Source: Mycolicibacterium sp. (GTDB taxonomy: Bacteria > Actinomycetota > Actinomycetes > Mycobacteriales > Mycobacteriaceae). From it: DNA of 64,000 nucleotides. The notes under the pieces are model-generated. The model saw only the letters and a program-made list of their open reading frames with translations, was not told the origin of the DNA and did not search any database. The translations under genes were made by a program, and so were the position numbers. This document shows positions 34,394 through 44,203 of this stretch, one piece after another; within the stretch, counting starts at the first letter, position 1, and each line of letters opens with the position of its first letter. The DNA is taken from the NCBI RefSeq assembly GCF_016462945.1, contig NZ_JAEMSG010000002.1, forward strand, positions 9,491 to 73,490, written 5' to 3'.

Positions 34394-36526
34394 TCAGCCG
34401 AGGTAGGAGATGGTCGGGAAGGTGTAGCTCAGGGCGCCACCGGCGAAGTACGTCTGCGTCAGTGGGAGCGGATCAGTCTGCGGCATGACCACACGAGTGG
34501 TGGCACCGGGGACGTACGGATTGAGTGTTCGCATCCGTAAGACATTCGACCAAAGGTAGTTGTCGATATTGACGTACTGCTGTTCGATCGGTGTCTTCTT
34601 GGAGTAATTGAGGTACTTGGCGAACACCGCCAGTACGTCGTCGGGCGTGCTGCCGGCCTGGATGAATTGGTTCACGTAGTCATTAAATGCCGCTTCGGAC
34701 ATGGTGTAGAGGTTGCCGGCTTCGTCGGCGGTTGACGAGGGAAGGTAGTAGTTGACGGCGGCGACGCCGGCCTGCGCTTGCTTCAGCCCGTCTTGTGGTG
34801 TTGGCACGTAGCCGATATCCACCGCGGCCATCTGGGCGTAGGGATTGATCAGAACGACACCTGACCATCGGTGATGTCCGTCGACGATGTAGGTGCCGTT
34901 GTCGGCGGTGAGGGCAGGTGTGGAGAACTGGATCAGCCCGCCCTGGAAGTAGGTTTTCACTTCGGCAGGGTCCTGCAGTAGATCTTTCAGCGACTTGGTG
35001 ACGTCGATCTGGTTCTGGGTTGGAATCATGGTGGCCACGTTCGCGTTGATCGCGGTGAGAACGAGGCTGCTGTTAGGAAGGCCACGATCGGCTGCGCCCT
35101 GAGTCAGCAATTGGAACAGTGCCTGATCGCACTGAGCATTACTGGGGGTGCATTGATTCGTGTCACTGATCGGCGTCCCGTCAAGGCTCAACAGCGTGCC
35201 GAACTGAGCGTAGAAGCTGGACGGATTGGCGGCTTCACCGTAGGGCGACAGCAGCAGGGTCTGCAGCTTCGCTGCAGCAGCCGTATCGGGCAGGGTCACT
35301 TGGCCGGCCTCAATATTCTCGACGTTGGGTGACGCGGCCAGCAGGCTGGTGGCGATTCCGGCGAGGCCGCCGTAGAGGAACCAGTTGTCGACATAGCCGG
35401 CGACTTGGGCGGAGTCGGGGGTCTGGCCGAGCACGCTGAAGATCTCGTTGACCTCCACGGTGCGGAACGTGTCACTGGTGACGAAATCGCGCGCTAGGAA
35501 ACCGGTGGGCAGACCGGCCTGCAGTTGCTGCACGTAGATGGCCGCGGTTGTCGGGTCGGCAGCCTGGCCGACCAGCGTGCGGTAGAGCAGGTTCACGTAG
35601 CTATTCGCCGTGGGCTTCGGGCCGAACTGGCCGCCACCGGAGGCGCTGGCTGCGTAAAACTCAGGGGTCTTGGCGATTGATGCGGCAAACAGCGGCGCCG
35701 TGGTACCCCACATGAGTTGACTTGCGCCCCAACTGATCTCGTCCTGAGTAGCGGGGCGACTGAGCAACCCAAGGTAGTAGTTGGCGACCTCCTGCTGACG
35801 GAACTGGCTTGAGCTGTAGAGCCCGGCCACAACGCCGTTCACACCGGTCAGTCCCAACACGCCCAGATAGTTCTGCAGCTGGTCAGTGGTCGGGTTCTCC
35901 CGCAACACCTCGTTGAACAGCCCGGTGACCACCGCGGTCGAGTTGGTCACCTGTGCGGGTCCGGTCCCGCTGAACACGTCCTCGAGCGTCAAACGCAGTA
36001 GCAACGGGATGGCGTTCAAGGCTGGGGCGGCCGTTGCAGGCGCGCCGGGCAGCCCGAAGAATGCGGCGACATTACCGAGTGGATCCGTCGACACCGCGAC
36101 AGCTGCCGCACTCCGCGGCCCGAAGCCTGTCGCACCGGCCGGACCGGCCGCAGCGGGACGGGCGGCAGCCGGGGCTCCGGAGCGCCGACCGGCCGCTGAC
36201 GCGCGGGGGATGGCGGCGGACTTCGGTGTGTGAGAGGTCGGGATGCTGGAAGTGGTGGCGGATCCGGCAGGTGTAGCTCCGCGCGAGGCGGACCGGGCTG
36301 AGCGCGCCGCCGCCGGTCGGCTCGCCCCATCCGTGGCGGTCGAACGATGCGAATTGGTCGTGGAATCTGAGATCGTAGAGGATCTGCCCTCATCGGCGAC
36401 CGCAACGGGGGCTGCGACTAATGCCATGCCCAACCCGGCTGCCACGGCACCCACCTGCAGCCAGCGGAACACCGGCAACGGCCGGTGCTGACCGAGACGA
36501 TGACGCGCTCGAGCCGGACCGGCCAC
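34394..36526 (-). CDS. Secreted protein: signal peptide, Ala/Ser/Pro linker, DUF4214-like repeats, C-terminal ParB/Srx-like domain
   Basis: GAGGAG RBS 7 nt before GTG 36526; WLQVGAVAAGLGMALVAAPVAVA signal; about four Y..LL.R/Q.P/A repeats ending S.EF/TF; PTQ...IVDGHHRW motif. Confidence 0.65.
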   Translation of the reverse strand: MAGPARARHRLGQHRPLPVFRWLQVGAVAAGLGMALVAAPVAVADEGRSSTISDSTTNSHRSTATDGASRPAAARSARSASRGATPAGSATTSSIPTSHTPKSAAIPRASAAGRRSGAPAAARPAAAGPAGATGFGPRSAAAVAVSTDPLGNVAAFFGLPGAPATAAPALNAIPLLLRLTLEDVFSGTGPAQVTNSTAVVTGLFNEVLRENPTTDQLQNYLGVLGLTGVNGVVAGLYSSSQFRQQEVANYYLGLLSRPATQDEISWGASQLMWGTTAPLFAASIAKTPEFYAASASGGGQFGPKPTANSYVNLLYRTLVGQAADPTTAAIYVQQLQAGLPTGFLARDFVTSDTFRTVEVNEIFSVLGQTPDSAQVAGYVDNWFLYGGLAGIATSLLAASPNVENIEAGQVTLPDTAAAAKLQTLLLSPYGEAANPSSFYAQFGTLLSLDGTPISDTNQCTPSNAQCDQALFQLLTQGAADRGLPNSSLVLTAINANVATMIPTQNQIDVTKSLKDLLQDPAEVKTYFQGGLIQFSTPALTADNGTYIVDGHHRWSGVVLINPYAQMAAVDIGYVPTPQDGLKQAQAGVAAVNYYLPSSTADEAGNLYTMSEAAFNDYVNQFIQAGSTPDDVLAVFAKYLNYSKKTPIEQQYVNIDNYLWSNVLRMRTLNPYVPGATTRVVMPQTDPLPLTQTYFAGGALSYTFPTISYLG

Positions 36527-36798
36527 TGCGAACTCCTCATTGTTTAGCCCAGCCACGACGGGAACGACCACGAACGATATAGACACAACGGAACTACGGA
36601 AAGACCTTCACCGCTAACACCTCATGAAATCCCAAGTCGGGCTCGAGCGCCGTTGCCGCGGGAACTTACCGGCCCGCGACACCGATCCTTTCGTGAGCCG
36701 TCCCAGACCCAAGTTTCGTGAGTGATGGTGGATGCGTCGGTGGTTGGGGCGTCCGCCGATCGGGGGACAGGGTGCAATGCCGCGTCTAGCCTGCACAC

Positions 36799-38262
36799 AT
36801 GTACGCACCCTCGTGGGAATCCGTCGCCACCCATCCGCTGCCGGACTGGTACGACGACGCCAAACTCGGCATCTTCCTGCACTGGGGCCTGTACTCGGTG
36901 CCCGGCTGGGCACCTCAGGTTCCTGATATCCAGCAGTTGCTCAAAGAAGCCGGCCCCGCGGAGATGTTGCGGGACAACCCCTATGCCGAGTGGTACCTCA
37001 ACAGCAGTCGGCTGGAGGGCAGCCCCACCTGGCACCATCAGCGCGACACCTACGGCCCTGATGCCACCTATGACGACTTCGTCGCGACCTTCGACGGCGG
37101 CACCGCCGACGCGGACATGGATGCGATCGCGGCGATCTGCCGTGACGCAGGGGCCGGCTATGTGGTGCTAACCACCAAACATCACGACGGGTTCTGTCTG
37201 TGGCCCACCGAGTCGGAGCATCCGCGCAAGGGCCGTTACCAGTCCCGCCGAGATATCGTCGGCGATCTGCGCCGTGCGGTGCTCGCTGCCGGGATGCGGA
37301 TGGGTCTGTACTACTCCGGCGGCTACGACTGGCCCTATAACGACGCTCTACTGCAGAACCCGGCTGACAGCTTTCTCGCGGTGCCGCACACCGACAACTA
37401 CGTCGGCTATGCCGACGTCCATGTGCGCGAGCTCATCCACCGATACCAACCGTCGGTGCTGTGGAACGACATCTGCTGGCCGGTCGGCGGCGACCTTCCG
37501 GCGTTGTTCGCCGAGTACTACAACACCGTGCCCGACGGCGTGATCAACGACCGATGGATCGAACCCACGCAACATCGCGGGATGGTCACCGACGCCCTGG
37601 CCCGGCTGGGAGGCATTGCGATACAACGCTTCTGGGTTTTCATTCCCGAAAGCTACAAATCGCTGACCTTCCCGGCCAACCATCACTACGACTTCCGTAC
37701 CCCGGAATACGCGCAGTTCCCCGAGATTCAGGACAAGAAGTGGGAGTCCACCCGCGGGGTCGGACATTCCTTCGGCGCCAACCGTAACGAGCGACCTCAG
37801 GACATCGTCACGGCGACCGAACTGGTCCGGTCCTTCGCTGACATCGTGTCCAAGAATGGAAATCTGCTCATCGGTATCGGGCCGGACGAATTCGGGCGGA
37901 TCCCCGACGAACAATTGGCGCCACTGCGCGGACTGGGATCCTGGATGGCGGTCAACGGCGAGGCGATCTACCGCACCCGGCCGTGGTCAATCGCCGAGGC
38001 GACCACCACCGCGGGCACCGCGGTCCGGTTCACTCAGCGCGACGGTGCCGTCAACGCGATCCTGCTCGACTCACCTGAGCGCGAGTTCGGCATCCTCGGG
38101 CTCGATGCGACCGACGTCGGCGCGGTGCAACTTGTGGGAATCGATGACCCGGTGGACTTCCGGGTGGTCGACGGGATGCTGACGGTCCGGCTACCGGAAC
38201 GCATACCCGTATCGCCGGCGCACGTATTGACTCTCGGCCGTGGAGTGCGGCCGGTCGGCTGA
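36799..38262 (+). CDS. Alpha-L-fucosidase, glycoside hydrolase family 29
   Basis: WYDDAKLGIFLHWGLYSVP, LTTKHHDGFCLW, VLWND, DIVSKNGNLLIGIGP; TAGCCT -10 lies 6 nt before ATG (probably leaderless). Confidence 0.9.
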   Translation: MYAPSWESVATHPLPDWYDDAKLGIFLHWGLYSVPGWAPQVPDIQQLLKEAGPAEMLRDNPYAEWYLNSSRLEGSPTWHHQRDTYGPDATYDDFVATFDGGTADADMDAIAAICRDAGAGYVVLTTKHHDGFCLWPTESEHPRKGRYQSRRDIVGDLRRAVLAAGMRMGLYYSGGYDWPYNDALLQNPADSFLAVPHTDNYVGYADVHVRELIHRYQPSVLWNDICWPVGGDLPALFAEYYNTVPDGVINDRWIEPTQHRGMVTDALARLGGIAIQRFWVFIPESYKSLTFPANHHYDFRTPEYAQFPEIQDKKWESTRGVGHSFGANRNERPQDIVTATELVRSFADIVSKNGNLLIGIGPDEFGRIPDEQLAPLRGLGSWMAVNGEAIYRTRPWSIAEATTTAGTAVRFTQRDGAVNAILLDSPEREFGILGLDATDVGAVQLVGIDDPVDFRVVDGMLTVRLPERIPVSPAHVLTLGRGVRPVG

Positions 38263-38270
38263 GTCGAAAC

Positions 38271-39449
38271 CTAGTTGCCGCCCCAGGTGACCGGAAGCGC
38301 AACAAGACCCGATCCCAAAGCATTCGTATTGATGCTCAGGTCTGTGACATCGACTGCAAGCCGCATGTCCGGAAAACGCGGGATCATCTGGGAGAAAACA
38401 GAATTGAGCTCCATCCGGGCCAAGGGGGCTCCCAGGCAGTACCGGCCGCCGTACCCGAACGATAGCGGTTTCGGTCCGGTGCGATTGAAATCAACGACAT
38501 CAGGATCTTTGAAGAACGCCGGATCGTTATTGGCCGAACCGGGATCCAGTAGCACCAGATCACCCTCTGCGATGGTGATGCCGGCGATGTCGATCGCGTC
38601 GCGGGCGTAACGCGGGATGCCCACCCCGCCGATCATCGAAGCCCTGATCAACTCCTCCGTTGCCTTCGGAATCAGCGACGCGTCGTCGAGCAGCGTCTCC
38701 CATTTGCTTGAGTCACTCAGCAGCTGCACTGTCTGTAGCCAGATCTGGATGACAGTGGTCTCGTAACCGGCAAATAGCAGACTTACGGCCAGGACGGCTA
38801 TTTCGACATCAGCGAGGTCATCTACGTCGCAGAGGTGGGAGATCACATCGTCACCGGGGCGGCGCCGCTTCTCGGCGACGAGGCTGACGCCGTAATCCAC
38901 CAGTGCCGCCATGCCCTGCCCGGAAGCGACCTGATCCGGGTCGAAGGCGGCCGCGTCAACCCAGACCCGGAACGTGTCGCGGTCACCGTAGGGCACGCCG
39001 AGTAGCTCGCAGATCACCAGAGCCGGAAGCGGCCCGGCGAGTTTCGCATGTAGATCCGCGGGCGGACCGTCATCGGCCAACTGATCCAACAGTCCCCGGG
39101 TCAGTGCCTCCACCTTGGGCTCCAATGCGCGCAATCGGCGGGGCGAGAAGTGCGGTTGCAGGAGAGCCCGCATCCGCTGGTGGCCGGCCGGCTCGGCGTC
39201 GAAGTCTCCGATCGGTCCACCGAATAAGGCCGACGCGCGGCTTCGTGGCGCGGTTTCGGGCGAACGGTGCGATCGGCCGAGGCGGTCGTCATCCATCAGT
39301 TCGCGTACCTGGGCGTAGCCGGTCACCAGCCAGGCCTCGTCGCCGACCGGGGTCCGGACCCGATGGATGGGCCCGTCGGTCCGTAGAGCCTGCAGCTCGT
39401 CTCCGGCGCGCAGCGGGTGTGGCTGGGGAAATGGCAGTTGAGGGCGCAC
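38271..39449 (-). CDS. Cytochrome P450
   Basis: I-helix LFAGYETT, EELIR (ExxR), FGYGGRYCLG heme motif; CATAGT -10 lies 7 nt before GTG. Confidence 0.95.
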   Translation of the reverse strand: MRPQLPFPQPHPLRAGDELQALRTDGPIHRVRTPVGDEAWLVTGYAQVRELMDDDRLGRSHRSPETAPRSRASALFGGPIGDFDAEPAGHQRMRALLQPHFSPRRLRALEPKVEALTRGLLDQLADDGPPADLHAKLAGPLPALVICELLGVPYGDRDTFRVWVDAAAFDPDQVASGQGMAALVDYGVSLVAEKRRRPGDDVISHLCDVDDLADVEIAVLAVSLLFAGYETTVIQIWLQTVQLLSDSSKWETLLDDASLIPKATEELIRASMIGGVGIPRYARDAIDIAGITIAEGDLVLLDPGSANNDPAFFKDPDVVDFNRTGPKPLSFGYGGRYCLGAPLARMELNSVFSQMIPRFPDMRLAVDVTDLSINTNALGSGLVALPVTWGGN

Positions 39450-39531
39450 GGCTCCGACTATGGCTGACCGGGCACTAGTCGGTAGGGGTTTTTCCGCACT
39501 TCGTACCGGTGTGGCGGCGCCTGACGGTGCT

Positions 39532-39547
39532 ACCTTGGCATCAAGGT
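39532..39547. promoter_or_regulatory. Palindrome ACCTTG-GCAT-CAAGGT in the divergent P450/oxygenase spacer
   Basis: Perfect 6-bp arms overlapping a TACCTT candidate -10. Confidence 0.4.
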
Positions 39548-39586
39548 GTGTCCGGAGTTGCTGCTCCGGGTAAGGAGGCGTTCAGT

Positions 39587-40591
39587 ATGAAACTGCTGCT
39601 GCCGCATCAGCTTGTCGAACACAAGGTCAGGTCCGACTTCGACCGGGACATCCGAGCCAAGTTCTTCCGCGGTCTCGACTTTGCCGGGCCCGAGGGTGAT
39701 CCGGGCTGGTTCGGCCCGGACAGCGCGGTGTGGCACGTGCATTCACACACCTCGGCATTGATCTTCGGGCTGCAGTGCGCGGCGTTCATCGAGCGCCTGG
39801 ATCCCAGCATCTTCTGGATGGGTTCGGACCACTCGCGGGTCGTCGAACGTGACGAAAATGGTCAGCCCACCGGTCGGATTGATGTCGAAGGCGCGCAGTT
39901 GCGCCTCGCGCATTCGGTGGCGTTCTTCATCGGCACGGCATACGGATCGACGAACACTGCCGAGAAACTCGCGCAGACGGTGCGGTCGATGCACCACACC
40001 ATCAAAGGCGTGCGGCCGGACGGATTGCCCTACGACGCCGACGACCCCGAGTGGCTGCGGTGGAACTACGCGACGGTGGTGTGGGGAATCGCGACCGCCC
40101 ACGAGATGTACCACCCGACGCCACTGCGCGACATCGACCGCTACTACTCCGAGTTCGTCCGGGTCGGTCACGGGTTGGGCGGGACCGAACTGCCGGCGAC
40201 AAAAGAGGAAACCCTGGAATGTCTGAAGTCCTATCTGCCCAAACTCGCGTTGACCTACGGCGCCGCGATGTCCACCGGGCAGGCACTGCTGAGTAACCCC
40301 GATGTTCCGCAGATGGTCAAGTTCTTCGACTGGGGCATCCGCGACGCGATGACCGACTGGGCCGCGGAGATGATCATGTACACCCCACCGCACCCGGTGG
40401 AGCGTGCCGCCCGCCGTGCGGCGACGTGGGCGGCCATCAACACCACCCAGGCCGCGATGGGCCCACTGCGCGAGTTCCGGCAGGCCAAGCGCCGGGTCGC
40501 CAGCGGCACACTGGTGGATCACACCGAGCCCGCCTACGTCCCGGGCAGTGACCCGGTCCGTAGCCGCGAGGTCGTCGAACAGTCACTCTGA
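39587..40591 (+). CDS. MpaB/MpaB'/rubber oxygenase catalytic domain protein (DUF2236)
   Basis: GWFGPDSAVWHVH, MHHTIKG, YDADDPEWLRW, YYSEFVRVGHGLG; AAGGAGG RBS. Confidence 0.85.
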   Translation: MKLLLPHQLVEHKVRSDFDRDIRAKFFRGLDFAGPEGDPGWFGPDSAVWHVHSHTSALIFGLQCAAFIERLDPSIFWMGSDHSRVVERDENGQPTGRIDVEGAQLRLAHSVAFFIGTAYGSTNTAEKLAQTVRSMHHTIKGVRPDGLPYDADDPEWLRWNYATVVWGIATAHEMYHPTPLRDIDRYYSEFVRVGHGLGGTELPATKEETLECLKSYLPKLALTYGAAMSTGQALLSNPDVPQMVKFFDWGIRDAMTDWAAEMIMYTPPHPVERAARRAATWAAINTTQAAMGPLREFRQAKRRVASGTLVDHTEPAYVPGSDPVRSREVVEQSL

Positions 40592-40996
40592 GCAGCCGAG
40601 AGCCGCGTAATTCGCCGCTTCATAAGCAAAGCTCTTAAGAAGTGCAGACACTCGCCCTCGGATGTGATGTCTGCCGCATTTCATCGCTGCCGATAAGCAC
40701 TTTTCCGCCTGGCGCCATTGCGGACATCGTCGGGCAGCCGGTGTGTGAGCCGCCCTGGAAATCATTGGCCACCAGCGTCGTCGCGGGTATTCCCGGCGGG
40801 ACGCACCGGAGCAGTAACGAAAACTCCCTGGACGACGTCTGAGGCTATTCGGCTCTTAACGAGACGCACCGGAACTTCTCTGTCGGTGCCCGCCGCTAGA
40901 ATTGAGAACGACCGACACCATAGTTGTCGGAAGAAATTTCCTGGTTTTTTCACACTAAAGCCGGACCGCGGTCTGGCCAATGGAGGTGTCTTGAGA

Positions 40997-42064
40997 ATGG
41001 CGAAGACGACGGGTGTCACCGCAGTAGCCGAACGGCCCACCGACGCGGTGCGGCTCTCGACGCTGTCGAACCCGCGTATTGCCACCACCAGTGACCTGCT
41101 GCCGGCAACGCGACCGGCCACCGAGCTGAGCCGGGTCGTGGGCGCGGCCCTGGGTGTGCTGTCCGGGCTGCCCGGCGCGGTCACCGATATGGCGTTGAGC
41201 CACGACGGCCACCAGTTGGTGGCCGTCCACTACGGCGACGACTCGGTGTCGGTCATCGATATCCCGACGCTGACGGTAAGTGCCACCGTGGCGGGGATCG
41301 CTGAGCCGTACGCGGTCGCCACCGCGGACCGCGCCTACGTCAACTCCGCCTCGAATGCCGAAGACAGCGTCGTCGCCATCGACCTGAAGGCCGGCGCAGC
41401 GCTGGCTGCCCAGGAGATCACGGTCGGTGCGCGCGGTATCGCGGTCAGCCTCTCCGGCGATGCGCTGTACGTGGCGCGCTCGGGCGATCAGATCGCCGAT
41501 ATCGCCGTGATCGACGTCGAGAGCGGCAAGTCCAAGACCATTGCGGTCACTCGATCGGCCGATGACTGGGTCGATACCCTTCGGATCAACTCCGATGGCA
41601 CCCGCTTGTACGCCGCGCTCAACACCGATACCGGCGGCTCGCTTGCCGTCATCGACGTCCGGGCGGGCCGCGTGCTGCACACCGTTGCCCTCGGCGGGTC
41701 GATCGGTGATATCGCGGTTGATCGCGACAACCGCAGGGTGCTCGTCACCGGCTGGGACGACGAACTCGGCGGTGTGGTCAGGGTTGTGGATGCAGTGGCC
41801 GGCCGCGTCGTCGACACCATTGCGGTGGACGGGCTGCCGGTTCAGTTGGTGGTCAGTGGCACAACCGCCTATCTGGTTGACGGCTACCAGGTTGTGGTCA
41901 TCGACACCGCCACCGCACGGATCGTCGACCGTATCGACACCGAAAGCCCGGTTTCCTGTATCACGGTCAGCCGCGAGGGCGATCGCCTCTACATGGCGGA
42001 CTACGCCGGTTCGATCACCGCGATTGAGGTCGCCGAGGCAAATGAGTTACGCGCGGCGTCCTGA
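40997..42064 (+). CDS. YncE-like beta-propeller protein
   Basis: Repeated VSVID...V.ATV / LYVA / DG.RLY blades; GGAGGTG RBS before ATG 40997. Confidence 0.75.
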   Translation: MAKTTGVTAVAERPTDAVRLSTLSNPRIATTSDLLPATRPATELSRVVGAALGVLSGLPGAVTDMALSHDGHQLVAVHYGDDSVSVIDIPTLTVSATVAGIAEPYAVATADRAYVNSASNAEDSVVAIDLKAGAALAAQEITVGARGIAVSLSGDALYVARSGDQIADIAVIDVESGKSKTIAVTRSADDWVDTLRINSDGTRLYAALNTDTGGSLAVIDVRAGRVLHTVALGGSIGDIAVDRDNRRVLVTGWDDELGGVVRVVDAVAGRVVDTIAVDGLPVQLVVSGTTAYLVDGYQVVVIDTATARIVDRIDTESPVSCITVSREGDRLYMADYAGSITAIEVAEANELRAAS

Positions 42065-42087
42065 GTGCTATCGCTGGGTCTTTCGCG

Positions 42088-42405
42088 CTATCGCTGTGAA
42101 CAGTTCAGCGATACGGAGATGGTCTGGCTGGTCACGACGGGCACTAGGAAGTTAGAGCCTCGGCTGCCCAAACCCGGCCCGACATAGGGCACCCACTGGG
42201 TCATCGTCTGCGGATTGCGTACGCTGGCCACCACGCAACTGGACATTGGGCCGGTGCCGATCTTGTCGATAGTGACCGTGTAGCCCTCTTTCTGGAGCCG
42301 GTTGACCGTGTCCTGGGCGGACTCGTCGGCCCAAGCCCGTCCGGCGGGCGCGGCCAATACGCCGCAGGCCACCGCCGTCACGACAAGTATCGCCAACCTG
42401 CGCAT
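42088..42405 (-). CDS. Small secreted mycobacterial hypothetical protein
   Basis: Signal peptide ending RAWA; SAQDTVNRLQKEGYTV, SC.V..VRNP and terminal LNC pattern; CAGGAGG RBS. Confidence 0.75.
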   Translation of the reverse strand: MRRLAILVVTAVACGVLAAPAGRAWADESAQDTVNRLQKEGYTVTIDKIGTGPMSSCVVASVRNPQTMTQWVPYVGPGLGSRGSNFLVPVVTSQTISVSLNCSQR

Positions 42406-42577
42406 TGCCGCCTCCTGAACGTACGTTCGGGTCAATGATCCTCTACATGTATCGCCGGCGACAGCCCCATCGTTCCAGGAACGCGGGGGTTGCGCTGAGG
42501 GAGTAGGGGTCGGTCGCGGTCTGCAGCGGCGATACTATGCGCCCACCAGCAGGTAAACGCGATCGAAGGTGACCCCC

Positions 42578-44203
42578 ATGCACAGCACCATGCAGAACCG
42601 CCCGCTCACCGTCGCGGAGATCCTGCGGTACGCGGTCAACGTCCACGGCGACCGCACGGTCACCACCGCCACCGGCGACGGCTTCCGGCATGCGACCTAT
42701 TCCGAGGTCGGACGCCAGGCTGCCCGGTTGGCCAACGCACTGCGCCGGCTGGGGATCGACTCGGATCAACGGGTTGCCACCTTCATGTGGAACAACCAGG
42801 AGCACCTGGAGGCCTACGTCGCGGTTCCGTCGATGGGCGCGGTGCTGCACACCCTCAATATCCGACTGTTTCCCGAGCAGATCGAGTTCGTGGCCCATGA
42901 AGCCGACGATCAGGTAGTCATCGCCGACATGTCATTGGCGTCGATACTTGGACCGGTTCTGCCTCAGATGGATACCGTCCACACCGTGATTGTGGTCGGA
43001 TCCGGTGATCTGGCGCTATTCGAGGCTTCGGGCAAGCGGGTACTGCGCTATCACGAGATCACCGCCGCGGAGTCCGATGAGTTCGAGTGGCCGGAGATCG
43101 ACGAGAATTCGGCTGCGGCAATGTGTTACACCAGTGGAACCACCGGCAATCCGAAGGGCGTGGTGTACGGGCACCGCTCGAGTTACCTGCATTCGATGGC
43201 CGTCTGCAGTGGAAACGGGATGGGATTGAGCTTCTCGGACAAGGCTTTCGCGATCGTGCCGATGTTCCACGCGAACGCCTGGGGACTGCCGTACGCCGCC
43301 CTGATGGCGGGCGCCGACATCGTGTTGCCGGACCGTTTCATGGACGCCAAGTCACTGGTGCATCTCATTGAGACGCAGCGCCCGACGGTCACCGGCGCGG
43401 TGCCCACGATCTGGAACGACGTGATGAACTACCTGGATCGCGAACCCGGTCACGACATCTCGTCGCTGCGACTGGTGGCGTGCGGGGGATCGGCGGTGCC
43501 GGTGTCGTTGATGCAGACCTTCGAGCAGCGTTACGGCGTGCAGATCCGGCAACTGTGGGGGATGACCGAGACCTCGCCGATGGCGACGCTGGCCTGGCCG
43601 GTACCCGGTACCCCTGCGGACAAGGTGTGGGATATCCGGGCCACCCAGGGACGGCCGATGTGCGGGGTGACGGCCCGCATCGTCGACGACCACGGCGCCG
43701 TGCTGCCGAATGACGGCGTGGCCGTGGGTGAACTGGAGGTCTGCGGACCGTGGATCACCGGCTCCTACTACCGCAATACCGACCCGTCAAAGTTTGAGTC
43801 TGGTTGGCTGCGCACCGGCGACGTCGGTCGGATCGACCCCATGGGCTACATCACGCTGACCGACCGCGCCAAGGATGTCATCAAGTCCGGCGGCGAATGG
43901 ATTTCCTCGGTGGAGTTGGAGAACACCCTGATCGCCCATCCGTCCGTGCGCGAGGCCGCGGTGGTCGGCGTCCCCGACGAGCGGTGGCAGGAACGTCCAC
44001 TGGCCGCGGTGGTGCTGCAGGAGGGCGTCGAGTTGACTCCGGGTGAGCTGAAAAACTTCCTCGCCGACAAGGTCGCTCGGTGGTGGATACCGGAGCGCTG
44101 GACGTTCATCGACGAGATCCCGCGCACCAGCGTCGGCAAGTACGACAAGAAGACCATTCGGGCGCGCTACGCCGAGGGCGCCTATGCGGTCATCACTATC
44201 TAG
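42578..44203 (+). CDS. fadD14: Medium/long-chain fatty acid-CoA ligase (FadD14/AlkK-like)
   Basis: [54 protein letters not shown]. Confidence 0.85.
   Translation: MHSTMQNRPLTVAEILRYAVNVHGDRTVTTATGDGFRHATYSEVGRQAARLANALRRLGIDSDQRVATFMWNNQEHLEAYVAVPSMGAVLHTLNIRLFPEQIEFVAHEADDQVVIADMSLASILGPVLPQMDTVHTVIVVGSGDLALFEASGKRVLRYHEITAAESDEFEWPEIDENSAAAMCYTSGTTGNPKGVVYGHRSSYLHSMAVCSGNGMGLSFSDKAFAIVPMFHANAWGLPYAALMAGADIVLPDRFMDAKSLVHLIETQRPTVTGAVPTIWNDVMNYLDREPGHDISSLRLVACGGSAVPVSLMQTFEQRYGVQIRQLWGMTETSPMATLAWPVPGTPADKVWDIRATQGRPMCGVTARIVDDHGAVLPNDGVAVGELEVCGPWITGSYYRNTDPSKFESGWLRTGDVGRIDPMGYITLTDRAKDVIKSGGEWISSVELENTLIAHPSVREAAVVGVPDERWQERPLAAVVLQEGVELTPGELKNFLADKVARWWIPERWTFIDEIPRTSVGKYDKKTIRARYAEGAYAVITI

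Noticed and set aside
34343-34400. Prophage or ICE attachment site after tRNA-Leu
   Set aside because: No integrase and no duplicated tRNA 3' end found in the window.
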